The notes: generated by a model not told the origin, from the sequence alone. A stretch of 64,000 nucleotides of DNA from Leucoraja ocellata (GCA_036785375.1 JAWMAR010000026.1:7936001-8000000); one strand, 5' to 3'; positions 51,745 to 63,536 are shown, counted from the first letter of the stretch. Translations and numbers: made by a program.

Positions 51745-52285
51745 ACATAGAAACATATAAAACAGGTGCAGTAGTAGGCCATTGGACCCTTCGAGCCAGC
51801 ACCGTCATCTAATATGATCATGGTTGATCATCCAGAATCAGTACCCTGTACCTGATTTCTCCCCATATCCCTAGACCCTAGAGCTATATCCAACTCTCTG
51901 TTGAATGCATCCAGTGAACTGGCCCCCACTGCCTTCTGCGGCAGAGAATTCCACAGATTCACAGCTCTCTGGGTGAAAACGTGTGTCCTTATCTCAGTCC
52001 TAAATGGCCTACCCCATATTCTTAAACTGTGACTCTTGATTCTGGACTCCCCCAACAAGGGGAACATTTTCTTGCATCTAGCCTGTCCAATCCCTGAATA
52101 GTTTTATATGTTTGATGACGCATCCTTCTAAATTCCAGTGAATATAAGCCCAGTCGATCCATTCTTTCGTCATATATCAGTCACGCCATCCCGGAAATTA
52201 AACTGGTGAACCAACGCTGCACTCTCACAATACCAATAATGTCCTTCCTCAAACTAGGACACCTAATACCTGCATGTTAACTTTC
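51745..52285 (-). mobile_element. CR1 3' end specific to duplicate copy 2
   Basis: [14 protein letters not shown] on the minus strand; absent at paralogous ~5395. Confidence 0.85.
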
Positions 52286-52296
52286 AGTTTATGTCT

Positions 52297-52472
52297 AAGA
52301 AAGAACTTCGGATGCTGGAAAAATCAAAGGTAGTCAAAAATGCTGGAGAAACTCAGCCTGCGAGGCAGCATCTATGAAGAGAAGCAATAGGCGACGTTTC
52401 GGGTCGATACCCTTCTTCAGACTGATCAAACTGAGGTAGAGTCTCGACCCGAAACGCCGCCTATTCTCTACC
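52297..52472. mobile_element. Penelope-type inverted repeat with intact minus-strand hammerhead core
   Basis: Minus strand CTGAAGAAGGGTATCGACCCGAAACGTC. Confidence 0.7.
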
Positions 52473-52911
52473 TTCAGTTTATGTATAACCCGTCTGTGTC
52501 AAGCGAATTAAACACTCCGTGAAGCATCATCACCGAGGCCCATCCTGTTCTAATTCGAAACTCACACGACATTTTTTGTGCAGTAGCTCGTACTGATATA
52601 TGACGGAAAATATTGCTAACATGTCTGAGCCCAGAAACCGCGCCACCTGGATATTTTCCCAGAAGTTATCATCCAACAAACTTCCGGTCAGTGTTCTGCA
52701 CCACACGTGTCAAGATTTGGCTAATAGTCACTAATTATTCAGGAAAAGCAAACCAATTACTTCAATTACTTTTTAGGGCTCTTATCCCAGGGAAGTAGCC
52801 GTTTATAGCGTATAGCACAACCAACTTTCACCCCATTGTTTTATGTTTCCTCGTCTTCGCAGTTGTTTGTAAATGCGGAGTTTATTTCTCTTCCAATATA
52901 TGTTCCCTCAG

Positions 52912-53217
52912 AATGCGACGTGTGCAGATTTGAACGTCAGCGGACAGAGGAAAACTGAGAAAAACAGACGGCACGAAAAACAAACTACCAATGCCCAGGT
53001 AAGATAAAAGCGGAAGGGTGCTCCAATATAAATTCGCGTACGTCGTCCATATAGGCGAATCGGCAGCTAATGATCTCTGATTATTTTTCGATAGGTCAAA
53101 GAAGTGTCTGAAAATAAGCTGACCAATGCTACTCTGGATCTCATCGCTTCTCCGAAAGACCCAAGAACGGAGAAGAATAATGTAACAGAATATGCAGGAA
53201 TGAAGATTTTAATATAG
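52912..53217 (+). pseudogene. Relic ITIM/ITSM exons of gene C (52912..52998, 53095..53217), now out of frame
   Basis: Colinear with 5852..5938 and 6035..6157; NATCADL...TTNAQ / ...LTNATL...TEYAGM; splice sites intact. Confidence 0.85.
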
Positions 53218-54559
53218 CTGCGAAATCATCAAACGTTCATTAACGTTCATCCAATTTCAATTCCATAAACCTTACTAACATTGGGTCACAGATTGTACAG
53301 ATACATTAGCATTTACAAGAGAATCAGCAGTGAGCAGGGAATTTTAATGAGAGATGTTCTACTCTGATATACGTTACCCCCCTTAACGTCGATAGAAATA
53401 CGATAAATGATCAGACAATCGACCAAAGGTTTACCAAAATGTAATACTGTCAACACTTAAAACATATAAGACAAATGGGACACTTACTGATTTTGAAGCT
53501 CCCTTACGAGATCTCGGTACCTAACCCCCCCCCCCCCCCCCCCCGTTATAGCGCAATATATAGTATTCACGACGTTACTCAACGGGGGAAGGGGGACGTG
53601 GGGGGGGGGGGGGGGGGCTGGACAACACACAGAATTAAACATCGCTATAATATTTGAGCAAACTAGATTTTTAATGCATGATTTGAAGTTCTATTCATTA
53701 TTACGTATTTCAGTGGAAAGCTTAAACACAAAAGATAAACAATTAAAACATATACTGTTACTGGTTTTAATTCACACACTTCACACGTGACCAAATGGAC
53801 GCTCACGTTCTGTTGCAAAAACTTGGGGTATCAGAAAATCATCTTATCGGGTGATAAATTATAAAAATCATAAGCATAATCAGAATTTGACTTATTTAAT
53901 TGTAAAATTAATGCAATCTCTCTGGTATACATTAGCTGTAGGATTTGATGAAATCAAATGTTGCTTGCAAAATGTCACAAAAAAGGCAAGAACACAGGGA
54001 TATATCTGCTTTTTTTTCTTTGTGAAAATAGATTTATTTATTTTTGCTTCATTTCATTATTTTGGCTATACTCCATGATTTATACTACTTAAAATACAGG
54101 ATATGAAACAATGAGAATATTACATAAAAAAACAAGGAAATATTCTGGAAGTTTGGAGACCTCAGTTTCACTACTGAGTGCTGTTTTTTTACGGAAACAC
54201 CTAAATCAGTTCCTCTCTATTGCGCCAATACCGAGGAATTCCACAATATAGCCCGAAGACATCCAACGAGCAGTAATAAAATGTGGCTGGAAAACGTAGC
54301 AAAGTTGGGGATTATGAGAACTTTAGGCTTCACCTACGAGGTTAAGGGCAGTTAGAAGGGTGGATGTAGAATATAAGATGAAGCTGACATCAAAACCTTC
54401 TATGTATAAGTGTCTGCGTATGTGCGTGCGTGTGAAGAGGGAACATAGATTATGGAAATTTTAAGTACCTACAGTCGGGACCAGTGTCATTTATACAGGG
54501 TTTGAATTATCAATTCATAAAACAGTCATAGCAGGACAATTAAATATGCCATTTGATTA

Positions 54560-55990
54560 GCTTTAATGGAGTATTTAAAAGGGCCCTGGAGCTATGTGAG
54601 AAACATCTTGTCTAGTCGAAGCAAGGAACTAAGTGAAAGCAGTACTGGAGAATGAAGGTGACTGGCACCAATAAATCTCGTCGACCCAAAAGGCACCACC
54701 AAAATAAAACTTAACAAAATTGCTTTGCAAGTAATTGAGCAAAGGGAGTTAACAATTAGAATGGGGAAAGCGACCGGTCAAAGCAAACGTCAATTTGTAA
54801 AACAGCGGTTATGCTTGACAAGTCTATCGTATTTTTGAGGAATTTACTGACAGAATATGTGAGGGGGAGTCCGTCGTTTTAGTGTATTCATACGACCTGA
54901 AGCATTTCAGTAAAATCTTACCGAACTGACTAGAACAAATTAAAGGTTAGCATGCTGAGAGTAATCAGCAATTAGTTGGCCAACAGAAAAGAAAGAGTGA
55001 AGATAAACAGATCTGTTTTACCATAGTAGCAGGCATCGAGTAGCAGGGTACAATCGAGCTCATTGCTGGGATTTCAGCTAGTCACGATATATATTGATAA
55101 TTAGATCATGGAATTATATAGCTGTTTATCGACAGCATCAAACTGTGTGAGAGGTTGAGCACTCAGGTGGATGCTGAGAAGCTTCATATTGAGATAAAGG
55201 ACAGATTCACGGCGGATGGAGTGCAATCTTAATAAATGCGAGGGTTTCAACTTCCGTGATAATGACAAGAAGGACGATCATTGGCTGAAACCCGATAGAT
55301 TATGAAACGCAGTAAAGCTGGGCATACAGTCGCAGCAAGCAACGAAGGAGGCACATTATAGAATGGTCTTCATATCAAGATGATTCCACAATAGAAGAAG
55401 CATTGTCTCGATGCAGTTGTATAGATATTGCTGATTGCTCTCCTTGAGAGTTGAGTGTATTTTTGTACATTTGACTGTGAACAGATCTTCTTGTGGTGGT
55501 GTGAGTTCAGTGAGATTTCAACAGACTGGTAGACTGCGTCCAGACTGACGTATGCATTGGATTAAATTGGGGCACTTAGGTTAAAATATGGAAGCCTAAG
55601 AAGGTAGCCCACAGAACGCTTAAATATCCACGGTCTAGGAAAGATATGATGGAGTAAGTTTGTTCCCGATTGATGGGAAAATCAGTACCAGGGATCATTG
55701 TCAAAGAATAAGGGAAAATCCACTTCTGACTGTGGTGAGGACCGCGTTCTTCTCTGGGAGTTGAGAACATCTACATATTTATCTATATCATAAATCACTC
55801 GAATCCAAATGCGTAAATACATTAACAATGGAGTACATTTTGTTATAACATGATAGAGACCTGCAGCAGGAAACAACTATCTGGGATCAATGGACATCGG
55901 GAGAAAACAGGAGCAAGACATTGCATTTGCAAGTTCAGTCATGATCATACTGAACGACCAAGCATGTTCGAAGGATCATATGGCCTATCC
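54560..55990 (+). mobile_element. Ancient degraded CR1-like LINE
   Basis: Scattered similarity to CR1 RT and 3' UTR. Confidence 0.5.
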
Positions 55991-56194
55991 CTTCACTAAA
56001 TTCTTCGTTTTATCTCAGTGCTTCCATAAATATCATAACGTACATAAATGTGCCTACAACAGTTATGTTTGCCGAGGAAATTTATTTTGTTCTCCAGGCA
56101 ATTTGACTTGCAGTAACATTTGGAAGCCAAACCAAGGTAATAATTGGGAGAAAGTCCGAGTGTCGTTCGAATGTATCTGCATTATCATACGTGT

Positions 56195-56271
56195 CTATTC
56201 ATCCATACATTCATTCATTCGTCTTGCCTTCGGTTTCTGATCGGCACCTTCTTTCGATGTTCTGCACGTCC
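56195..56271 (-). CDS. Gene D short cytoplasmic exon
   Basis: ctctatag|GG...; at nt 44 the donor position reads AAG|gcaaga; read-through GTCRTSKEGADQKPKARRMNECMDE*. Confidence 0.6.
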
Positions 56272-59200
56272 CTATAGAGAGGTGATTGAGAGAAAAAAAA
56301 TCACTCTTGGCCGAGACAAAGAGTGGTAGCCAATACATCTAGCAGCATATAAAACTTTATATTTTTCTGATTACTTTTGTTTTTGTATACATGTATGCAG
56401 TGAAACTAATATCACGATATCAATAGTTAAAAATCTACAGAATATGAGTCCTCTTCAAGTTGTCGAATCGAAGCAGAATCAATTGCAAAATGAGTTTTTG
56501 CATCACCGACCCATTTTCTCAGACTCCACCCCTTATTCCACAACCTGGCCCACAACACCAAGCATCAATCCTTCATGTACAAATCGGTGACTAGCTCAAA
56601 GGTTAGCTTCCGGGAAACCATGCACCTAGTGAGATGCGGCGGGTGTATTTATAGATTAGCTAACCGCGTTGTGTCCGATCCAATAACACTCTCAAACATT
56701 ATTTTCTCCAGTACATCTGGTTTTCCCCCAGAGATTTACAGGTTTGTAGGTTAATTGGCTTGATATATTTATAAATTGACGTTAGTGTGTGTAGGTTGCG
56801 GGGATCGCTGTTCGGCGCCGACTCGGTGAGCCGGGGGGCTTGTTTCCGCGCTGTATCTCTAAACTAAACTAAAGTATTGCTGAATTCCGATTGGTTAATT
56901 TTACAACAATCTAGAGATCAAGTAGCTTCGGAGTCTTACCTTTATATATCACAATGAAAATAACGATTATGATAGCTATCAATCCTGCTCTTATCCAACC
57001 AACAATCGTGTTATGAGGTGGATTAATAAAAACTGTAAACGATAAAAAAAAAAATAGTGGTTAATTTTAACATATGTACAGTATTATATAATAGGACAGG
57101 CAATCAGTTCAACAGCGTCATTCTGTCTTTTAAAAAAATATATCGATTTGACTTTCCGACGCGAAATAAACCGATGGGAACATTGCCCACGAGCGCAGTT
57201 GCTGGCTTCCATTTCTGTCCAATACCAGTTGTGTGCATATGACTCATATAATGAAAGCATAATTGAGGTGCAGAATTTTTTTTATTTGGCTACAACCAAT
57301 ACTAATTACTTCGAAGTGCGTATATAGCCATGTTGCAGATCGTAACGTGTAGTGATGTATAGCTGTGTCGGTACAACAGGCCATCCTGTGGAATATCCAG
57401 AAATTGGAAATGATAAAAACACGTATTTACTCTTCATCATGTGATTATACAGTGAGGCTAGAAACATCCCCCCGCCATCATTACGTTTATGTCGGCCCTG
57501 ATGTGCCCAACGCTGAGTTCCAGACGGTGCAATATTCGTGGAATATTGGGAATGTAATTGTGGAAATTGAATTTTGGTGTGAATTGCGATCCCAAATCGA
57601 CAGGAATCTTTTAAATTAAATTCAAGAGAGTGGGAAGATAATCCAAGGTAGATTTTGCTCGCTGTGACTGAGCAGTTACAAACGAAGTATCGTACAACAC
57701 AGAAATACATATTCCTATGTGTTTAAGAAGGAACTGCAGATGCTGGAAAATCGAAAGTGCACAAAAATGCTGGAGAAACTCAGCGGGTGCAGCAGCATCT
57801 ATGGAGCAAACGTTGCCTATTTCCTTCGCTCCATAGATGCTGCTGCACCCGCTGAGTTTCTCCAGCATTTTTGAATACACATTCCTATATTTTGTTTATT
57901 TTTTAATCCAGGGTGCCGATGGAAAATCTGTATTTTAGAGCCCTTCATTATATTGATGTACATGACTTAGTATTTCCTTTCCAAAGGTGGATAGATGTTC
58001 TATGTCTTCAGGGTGGCACATAGCGTCATAGGGCGGTGGAGGCCGGTTCTCTGGATGCTTTCAATAGAGAGCTAGATAGGGCTCTTAAAAAAGATAGCGG
58101 AGTCAGGGGATGTGGGGAGAAGACAAGAACGGGGTACTGATTGGGGATGATCAGCCATGATCACATTGAATGGCGGTGCTGGCTCGAAGGGCCGAATGGC
58201 CTACTCCTGCACCTATTGTCTATTGTCTATTGTCTATTGAAAATGGATACAGTCAAAATACACAGTCGACAATGCGCCTTTCCTGCAGAATTTCAATGAA
58301 CTACCTGGGCTTAGGTGTTGCGGCAGCTTCACATTATCCCCTCCAAACACAGAATATTGTTATTAATTTGAGGTAATTAATTAATAACAACCTATCAGCA
58401 GAACTATTAAATTACATTAAATAAGCAATGATTTGGATCGGCATACCCGCGCATCTTTATTGAAAGGATGCGGACAAAACAATTTCCGTCCTGTCTCGTG
58501 ATCTTATTTCAAATGCATCAAATTACAACAGACATCGGTCAGCTTTTATCTTTGATTGCAAGTTTTGTAAGAACCGTGAACTGATTACTTAGTAGACCTT
58601 ATTACATCCATCATTTCGAACCCGGATAATCGAAGAGCAACGTCCTATTCCCCGCTTTTTCTTGGTTACTCTCTCCACCACATTCCTTCGTATGCCTTCC
58701 TGAAAACTCATTTGTTTATTCAAGTCAAGTCAAGTCACATTTATTTATATAGCACATTTTAAAAAACAACTCTCGTTGCCCAAAGTGCTTTACATTTGTT
58801 ATAAGAATAGTATAAACAAACAAACTACATACATATAAACATATAGCCCGCGCTCAGTGGACGTCAGGAAAGGCTTGGGAGTATAGGTAAGGTCTTGACT
58901 TAATGGACGGGGCAGTTCTGATGGGAAGGGGGATGCTGTTCCACAGTCTAGGAGCTGCAACCGGTTTATTAGTTTAAAATTTATTAGTTGTTTGCTTTAT
59001 GTCTATGAGCGACAAATTTAATAACCAACATTTTATTTGAAGCTTTGTCGAATCCTTTTCTCAAAACATCTTATTGACGTCATCTACAACAATGATTCAT
59101 CAAATTGGCTTGTTACTTCATCAACAAAATATTTGTCCAATATAGACACACGGGAATTAATTGTAAAATTTGCTCGTTAGACGTTCTCCATTCTGTACAA

Positions 59201-62200
59201 ATGTCTTTTCTATACAAGCAATGGTCCTTATTCGGGCATGAAACAGCATGCCCTCAATATATTTACCGAAATTCTGGCGTAGGTTTTCTAATTCGGTTAT
59301 TTTACTTCAATGATGATGCAGGCAGATCATGACTAAATTTTCGCCTGTCTCTAATTTAATTACATTGAAACCATCTGGTGGATTTGTTTAAGCATGGGCG
59401 GACGCTGCCTACGTTTAGCAAAGAGTACATTGGAATTTATTGGAAATTGAATTCTAACAACTAAAGTAAGTGAACCTGGAATTATGGAACGCAATTCAGT
59501 TGAAAAATGTCAATTATCACTGATCGTGTAAAATCTGCAAGCGAATGATAATGCCCCGGTGCAAAAAGTAATTTATGGGGAGCATAAAGTTCAAGAATAA
59601 TGGTACATAAATGAAAAACACGCAGAAGTACTTTGTGGAATGTTGTCTTCCCCTGCCTCGACATGTTTAGAAATCGTGAAACAGGAATGAGTAAATCCCT
59701 TGTAAAGTTTAAAGAACCTCACTGGGTGCTGAGTGGATTGGTGCAAAGGAGAATAAGTCCAGTCCAAATCTGGAGAAACATATTGAGGGAAGAGTAAATC
59801 ACATGCCGGGCGAAGCTAACGTAATATGGCAGGAGTATATTTGCATGATAGGTGAGGCCATATGCAGAAAGTGTGACTTTTGCACAAGCGAACATTCGTT
59901 CGTATGCCGAGGTGAATCGCCCTGTTTGACATTTCTAGCAGAAGAAGATTGTAAATCAATCATTCATGATGGAAGACGCATTTTACATCGGTTTATTGCT
60001 CGTACGACTTCTATGTCAATGTGTTCCTCTCATTGCTAGCATTTATGTCTTGCTTCTACATTCGTTCACAGGCGGACGGGTGACAATAACTTTAGCAAAT
60101 GTGTGTTCCTGAGCCATGACTGTCCGCGTTAAAACTGAGAATTCTAAAATACAACCTTAATTCATTTAACGGTATTCATAACTCCCCAGGTGCAGAATCT
60201 GCTAGACAAAGCCAGCTCTTCAAATTATTATACGATCAATTTCGTTGTAATAATTGCCTTAGCTAATCAATAATTATTGTCCGTGCACTAAGCTATGTTC
60301 GAAAGACGTTGAGTGGTGAACTAGTAAATCCACAGCAGACGACTTTGCGAAATCGACAAGGCTGGTTGGGAATAATAGTATTTTGGTGCGCCTGCTGAAG
60401 ATGTGCTGAAAGGAGCGCTGTCACTGAAACAGGCTGGCTGTTATCTGCTAAATGCCCGTGTTTTGCTTCAATTAGGCAAAGGAATTACAGTTGATGAGCT
60501 CACATCAGTGAAAGGGAAGTACACAATATATCAACGGTCCTATATATGCTAAACGAACAATATTATTCTTTATTATCTGCGCCTGTTCATGGGGTAATCA
60601 GGGTTCTAAGTGGCCAAATTATACCGTAAACGTATTGTTATTCTTACCTCGGCTGTAGAAAGTGTAGCTGATATTGGTTGGATTTGGAAGAGAAATATGA
60701 GACACCTGGCACGTATAAACTGTCCCGCTCTCCACATGTTCGGTCTCCGACAGGTAACTCCAAGCCTCGTAGAGTCCTGATGTTGTCTGTGTTTTGTTTG
60801 GCTCCATTTTACGTTTCACATCTGACCCATTTTTGTACCAAGTAATATTCAGATCAAAGGGAAAGAACGTGGCTGTTTTACAAACGAGAATCAGAGTAAC
60901 CGATGTGTTCTCCGGCAGCATGGTGGTCAAGCTCAGAGGAGTTGGTGGGTCTGGAAAATAAAACGATTTTTAAATTTCACCAGTTCCGGTGATTTTCGTG
61001 ACGAATCAAATTTCATTGTAGCCTCGAAAATAATCTTAATTGAACCATATATTTTGCAGCCTAGTTGCATAACGAATGCACTTAAAGCGATTTAAAACTG
61101 TTAAGTTTGTACCTTGTGGTATAAACTAACGTCTAATTTCATTCATTTTAAACCTTTTTATTGTATGCCCTGATTTTACAGTTTGTGTCTATTATACAAC
61201 AGTTACCTTACTTCATAAATATCATATCGTTTCTGTTTTTACTCGCAGCGCAAGTAAATTATGCGTTCTGACATCAAGAGCCAAAGCATTAACTTGAATT
61301 TTCTAAGGTTCACAAAAATGCTGGAGAAACTCAGCGGGTGCAGCAGCATCTATGGAGCGAAGGAAATAAGCAACGTTTCGGGCCGAAACCCATCTTCAGA
61401 CTGAAGGATTTCGGCCCGAAACGTTGCCTATTTCCTTCGCTCCATAGATGCTGCTGCACCCCCTGAGTTTCTCCAGCATTTTTATCTCCCTTCGATTTTC
61501 CAGCATCTGCAGTTCCTTCTTAAACAACTTGAATTTTCAAAACGTCTTCACGATTTATATTATAATTTGGTGAGGTAATTGTACAAAATGTAACCCATAA
61601 TAATAGCTCGACAATCTAAATTTTACAAATATATTCTTTGTCGTTGTTGAAATAAATAAATCGAGCAGAAGATTTATTCAGCAGTAACTTGAGGTCAAAA
61701 ATATGTTTGAGCTAGAAGGTCAGAAAAATATGTGTCCTTGTGTGAAAAAATATTGTAAACTTGGACCAGGGGGAAGTTTTCTATCGCTTGGAAGGTGAGC
61801 GGAGAATACAGGTTAATGCAACAATGTGTAGGACGGAACTGTAGATTCTGGGTTAAACCTGGCAAAAAGCTGGAGTACCCCAGCGCGCTGATGCATCACT
61901 GGATAAAAGGAATAGGTGACGTTTCGGGTGGTGACCCTTCTGCAGACTAAATGTAACAATATAGATCTTGAATGTTGCGTTCCTCAATGATTGACTCGCT
62001 TCACGGCTCCTATATCATTTCAAGTAATCCGGGGCAATCAGAAGTGTGACCAAACTTATACTACGATTAAACATGGTACCAATTGAGCAAGTGCAAAAGA
62101 GGTTCACCACAATGTTGACTGAAATAGAGGACCTTTTTTATAACGAGACATTTGGTGAACTGCGTTTATTCTCAATGGAAGGAAGGAAGCAGAGGAGTAA

Positions 62201-63536
62201 CTTAATAGACGTTTTTGTTTTTAATATCGGGGCCACTCATAGCATAGACGGGGTCTTTCCCCCTGAATAGTGGAATTAAGAACTATGTGGCAGGGTTTTT
62301 AGGTCAAGCGAGAAAAATGTAAAGGAGAAGAGGACGTTTTGCATACCTGGAACATCTACCACCGGAGAGGGTGCAGTACAATAATACCATTGACATTGCG
62401 TTAGACCGGTAATTGCGCCAAGGTTTTCGTGCGGTTCCCGGAGGTTTTTGTCAGTCTCCCTACCTGCTTCCACTACCTGCAGCCTCCGGCACGCACCTGC
62501 AACCTCCGGGAACCGCGCGAAAACCTTGGGCGGGGCGCAAAGTCTCCAGAGGTTTCCGTTCAGATTTCCTAAGTGGGACAGGGGCAATACACTTGTAATT
62601 CGTTACACTTTAGATAAAACAGATGGCAGATGCAAATAAATCAATTAAAAATAATAATCTCCTTGATCAGTACCACATTCGGAACTCTACATATTTTCAA
62701 TCCCAACTACCCGTGTCGTTGGTTTCCGTTCCCGCTGTGTTAAAGCAATTCTAACATATACGCGAAAGGTTTTATAATTCTGTCAAGCAGGAGATGTGGA
62801 AGGCGTCATTTACTCTCTCAATCAGTCTATTCGGATTCTTTGGTAATTGCGTCAAAAATACTCTCTAACCAATCACACAAATCATGTTATTTCAAAGGAC
62901 ACAGGTGATGAATAACGCGGAATTTCTTCAACGTGATTGAGCTAATCGCTTTGAGGTGGTGAAGTTAACCGATCTGGCTCACTCCTCTCCCCGAAACTCA
63001 CCGTAAACTACCAGCTTTGTACCAGTCCCGTTTAAAACTTTGGAACGGGTCAAGCTGCAGAAATAGAGCCCGGCGTCCTTCACTGTCACGTCCTCCACCC
63101 GTAAGACAGCGTTTCCCCCTCTCAGGAAATAAAACTGGATTCGTCTATCTGCACTTTCATCCAGGAATCTATTATCCCCATCTCTCCACCAATGCACTTT
63201 GTACGGCTTGTTGTCTGAGAACATTGGATAAATGCAATAAAGCACTGCCGAGTCACCCCGCATCAAAACTGCTTCTGGAACTTGTGTTACGGTCAACGGA
63301 CCATCCCCACCAGCTGTCGGGAAACGAAAAATCAAACTATAAGGTTTAGGATTAAAGCGAGGTATTGACCAAATTAATTGAAAATTGCACGAAAGGAGAA
63401 AATAAATAAAGATAAAGGATCAGCAAACATATAAACTGATAATTAACTTTCGGTCGGACTGTCTATAGCAAGAGTAAAATATACCGGCGCAGCTGATGTG
63501 GAGAACAATCAATTGCAGTAAGACCCGTGTCATCAT
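56195..63536 (-). CDS. Gene D: activating-type V(J)-C1-TM receptor, complement join(63536..63485,63313..63002,60950..60648,57032..56940,56271..56195 or 56228)
   Basis: Leader MMTRVLLQLIVLHISCA; V with DAGLYFC and J-like NGTGTKLVVY; C1 with FFP, WYKNG, YTCQVSH; TM IVGWIRAGLIAIIIVIFIVIY; 3' end uncertain. Confidence 0.82.
56940..57032 (-). CDS. Gene D transmembrane exon (Arg-containing)
   Basis: gtttacag|TT...AAAG|gtaaga, 93 nt; VFINPPHNTIVGWIRAGLIAIIIVIFIVIYK. Confidence 0.87.
57719..57872. mobile_element. Fold-back Penelope-type repeat
   Basis: Inverted arms; near-identical aataca(t/c)attcctat flanks. Confidence 0.7.
58030..58238 (+). mobile_element. CR1 3' end, (CTATTGT)n tail subfamily
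   Basis: CR1 3' UTR with variant tail. Confidence 0.8.
60648..60950 (-). CDS. Gene D C1-set exon
   Basis: 303 nt; DPPTPLSL...LVCKTATFFPFDLNITWYKNG...SGLYEAWSYL...YTCQVSHISL. Confidence 0.94.
61304..61525. mobile_element. Fold-back Penelope-type repeat with 13-bp TSD
   Basis: Head-to-head units; AACTTGAATTTTC at 61291..61303 and 61526..61538. Confidence 0.78.
62414..62585. mobile_element. Truncated copy of the 10007..10230 MITE
   Basis: Near-identical core and one full TIR. Confidence 0.75.
63002..63313 (-). CDS. Gene D V-set exon (germline-joined VJ type)
   Basis: 312 nt; LTVTQVPE...GDSAVLYC...VHWWRDG...VTVKDAGLYFCSLTRSKVLNGTGTKLVVY|gtgag. Confidence 0.95.
63485..63536 (-). CDS. Gene D leader exon
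   Basis: 52 nt, GCCG|gtatat. Confidence 0.8.

Larger units (their letters stand above)
50230..53422 (+). repeat. Segmental duplication copy 2 (paralogous to ~3090..6372)
   Basis: As above, same orientation. Confidence 0.9.

Noticed and set aside
57306-57710. Overlapping ORFs in a gene D intron
   Set aside because: No convincing Ig or other motif and no consistent splice sites.
60040-60145. Possible alternative terminal exon giving a secreted form of gene D
   Set aside because: Only an AG plus a short open frame; no independent support.
17139-63313. Rearranging TCR or Ig light-chain locus
   Set aside because: Each V exon already contains its G strand and ends in a splice donor. I saw no heptamer/nonamer RSS or separate J segments, and the tails carry ITIMs or a single TM Arg.
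42911-63536. Assigning SIRPA, NCR3 or NCR3LG1 gene symbols
   Set aside because: Motif resemblance only; domain counts differ (V-C1 versus V-C1-C1 or V alone) and orthology needs phylogeny and synteny.
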